From Rhina ancylostomus (lineage: Eukaryota): a stretch of DNA of 64,000 bases. Below, one piece after another: positions 62,400-64,000 of the stretch. Made by a program: the position numbers and the translations under genes. A model generated the notes under the pieces. It was not told the origin of the DNA, did not search any database, and worked only from the letters and a program-made list of their open reading frames with translations. The stretch is from the NCBI GenBank assembly GCA_030265395.1, contig JARFYF010000022.1:19180037-19244036 (forward strand), given 5' to 3'. The number at the start of each line of letters is the position of its first letter. The first letter of the stretch is position 1.

Positions 62400-63700
62400 G
62401 ATACAAATCCTCCAAGTCAGGCAGCATCTTTGAAGAGAAAAACATTCAACTTTTTAAGCTGATGGGTTTTTTTTCAGATCTGAAAAATGGAGCTGAAGCA
62501 GGTTTTAAGAACCAGAGAAAGGCAAGAATGGAAGAGAAAAACAGAAAGGGACAGTTTTCAGTCAGAGGTGAAGGCAGGAGAGATGACATGAAAGAAACAG
62601 GCACTGGTACTCGACAACATGCATGATAATAAGAGAAGCAAGGCAGAAGAGGAGTCTGTTGGGAGGTTGGAATCATTACCATCAATTGTCATATGAGAGA
62701 AAAGGTACATCGCTTATGATCCAAAATTTTTTTTACAGGATCATAAGACTGGAAGATGAGGTGTTGTTCCTGGAGTTTACAGTGAGCATCATTCTCTTGC
62801 CATAGGAGACCAAGACTAAAAAGATTACAATGAGAGGGGTAAGGAGAATTAAGATGAGAAGAGTCAGAAAATTCAGGGTCAATTTTATTGACTAAACACA
62901 GCTGAACTGCAAAATACCTAATATGCACTTGATCTTTCCAATAGAGAGGAGGCAATAATGGACTGGAAGAACAGCGCATCAAATTCAAGTGTTTAAATAA
63001 ATTGCTGTTTTACTTGGGAAGCTTTTCTGAGCCCTGGACATTGGGAAAAGGAGATACACCATTTACCCTGTTTTATTACTAGAAAATGGTGCCATAGGAA
63101 GGTACTTAGAGAGTGTTCCTTTGTCACACTCCAATGGTCTCAGAAATGCTGAAAGGAGAGAAAATGGGCAGTTGAAAAATCATGCTGGAGAAGCCAAAAG
63201 TGGCAGGAGGTTGATACTTTGACTGTAGATACTGGTTGGGTGAAAGGTAAGGACAAAGGGAACCCCTAAGTTAAAGAGAAAGGGCAAGAGTAGAGGTGTG
63301 GACATTGGCACCACATGATCAAGAAAATTGTCAGTTACAGTGGAGGTTTGCCTTTGCTTAAAAAGTAAAGGTAAACTGGAATATAGAAATCCCATTACAG
63401 AAGTCGTTGCAATTAAGAACAAGGAAAAATGCAACAGAGAGCTAAGATGGAGTGGAAGGAAGTGTAGTTAAAGCAGACTGATGTGCTCCGCATATTTACC
63501 TATTTCCAGAAGTAAAGTTAATGAAGTCGAGGCAGATAAGAATCAGACATGAACAACGTGAAGGCCAAGAAAATGTTGAGATTGATAACAAAATTGATGT
63601 AAATACTAAAGCTCAGAGTTGGTACAGGAAACGATGCTAACAAGCTTATCAATATATAGGGGACCCCTGCATTACAGCTGTTCGGGTAATGGAAATTCAC
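62400..63700 (-). mobile_element. Decayed Penelope-like element (RT C-terminus, linker, GIY-YIG endonuclease, 3' terminus)
   Basis: Minus-strand remnants YIDK (YIDD), INFVINL...MSDSYLP, NYTSFH, VPFVLTFHPTS, HLNSPYPSH...LGLL...CKLQEQHLIFQ; then the GATGCTGCCTGACTTG tail at ~62415-62430. Confidence 0.85.
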
Positions 63701-64000
63701 CCTTACGGAATTCATAAATGACAGCTGAAAAATGTGAGAAATGGAATAAAATTCACTCTCAAGGAATAATGTTTAAAAAAAACAAAATTTAATTTTTTTC
63801 AACATGTGTTTTTTGATGTTTGCACAAATGACAGGGCTTTGCATTACAGAAAATCTCAATGCAGACTGTTTTCCAGGAATGCAACCCTTTGTCGTGTGGG
63901 TTACCTGTACTGGATAAACAGGATGAGCAAAGGAACCAAGTAGGCTGATAATCAGCACATTCTGCATACCTCAGAAAACCACAGCATAATTAGGATCCAA

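Noticed and set aside
63900-64000. Minus-strand donor CAG|GTAACC near the window end
   Set aside because: All three frames stop within the visible 100 bp, with no clear acceptor and no recognisable peptide.
1-64000. CRISPR array, prokaryotic operon or viral gene cassette
   Set aside because: No regularly spaced repeats and no dense coding. The RT and nuclease remnants are ordinary decayed vertebrate retrotransposons.

Overview
This is vertebrate non-coding DNA: AT-rich, CpG-depleted, from a draft assembly with many N gaps, several of them 100-N placeholders. The repeat content points to a cartilaginous fish, most likely a batoid (inference from recalled family sequences, no search run). It includes CR1, L2, L1, RTE and Rex1/Babar LINE remnants, V-SINEs, Deu-type SINEs, Penelope-like elements, LTR fragments and a Tigger-type MITE. 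I cannot identify any host protein-coding exon, rRNA, tRNA gene or CRISPR array. The recognisable ORFs in the track are decayed retrotransposon pieces, and the rest are gap-spanning artefacts or probably chance ORFs. The window looks like a large intron or gene desert; by eye the + strand is A-rich, weakly suggesting minus-strand transcription. Best leads: (1) minimal hammerhead-ribozyme motifs in Penelope termini, including a recurring CUGAUGC core variant; (2) a ~30-bp segment of a CR1 3' end found in both orientations among copies; (3) one V-SINE body carrying two different LINE-derived tails; (4) a tails-outward CR1 pair; (5) a few unexplained unique-sequence signals (CpG-retaining candidate exon, ZNF143-like motif pair, duplicated TGACAG/GGAA/GATA module, hairpin). 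I see no convincing evidence of a new multi-gene system. Boundaries of old repeats are approximate (tens of bp).
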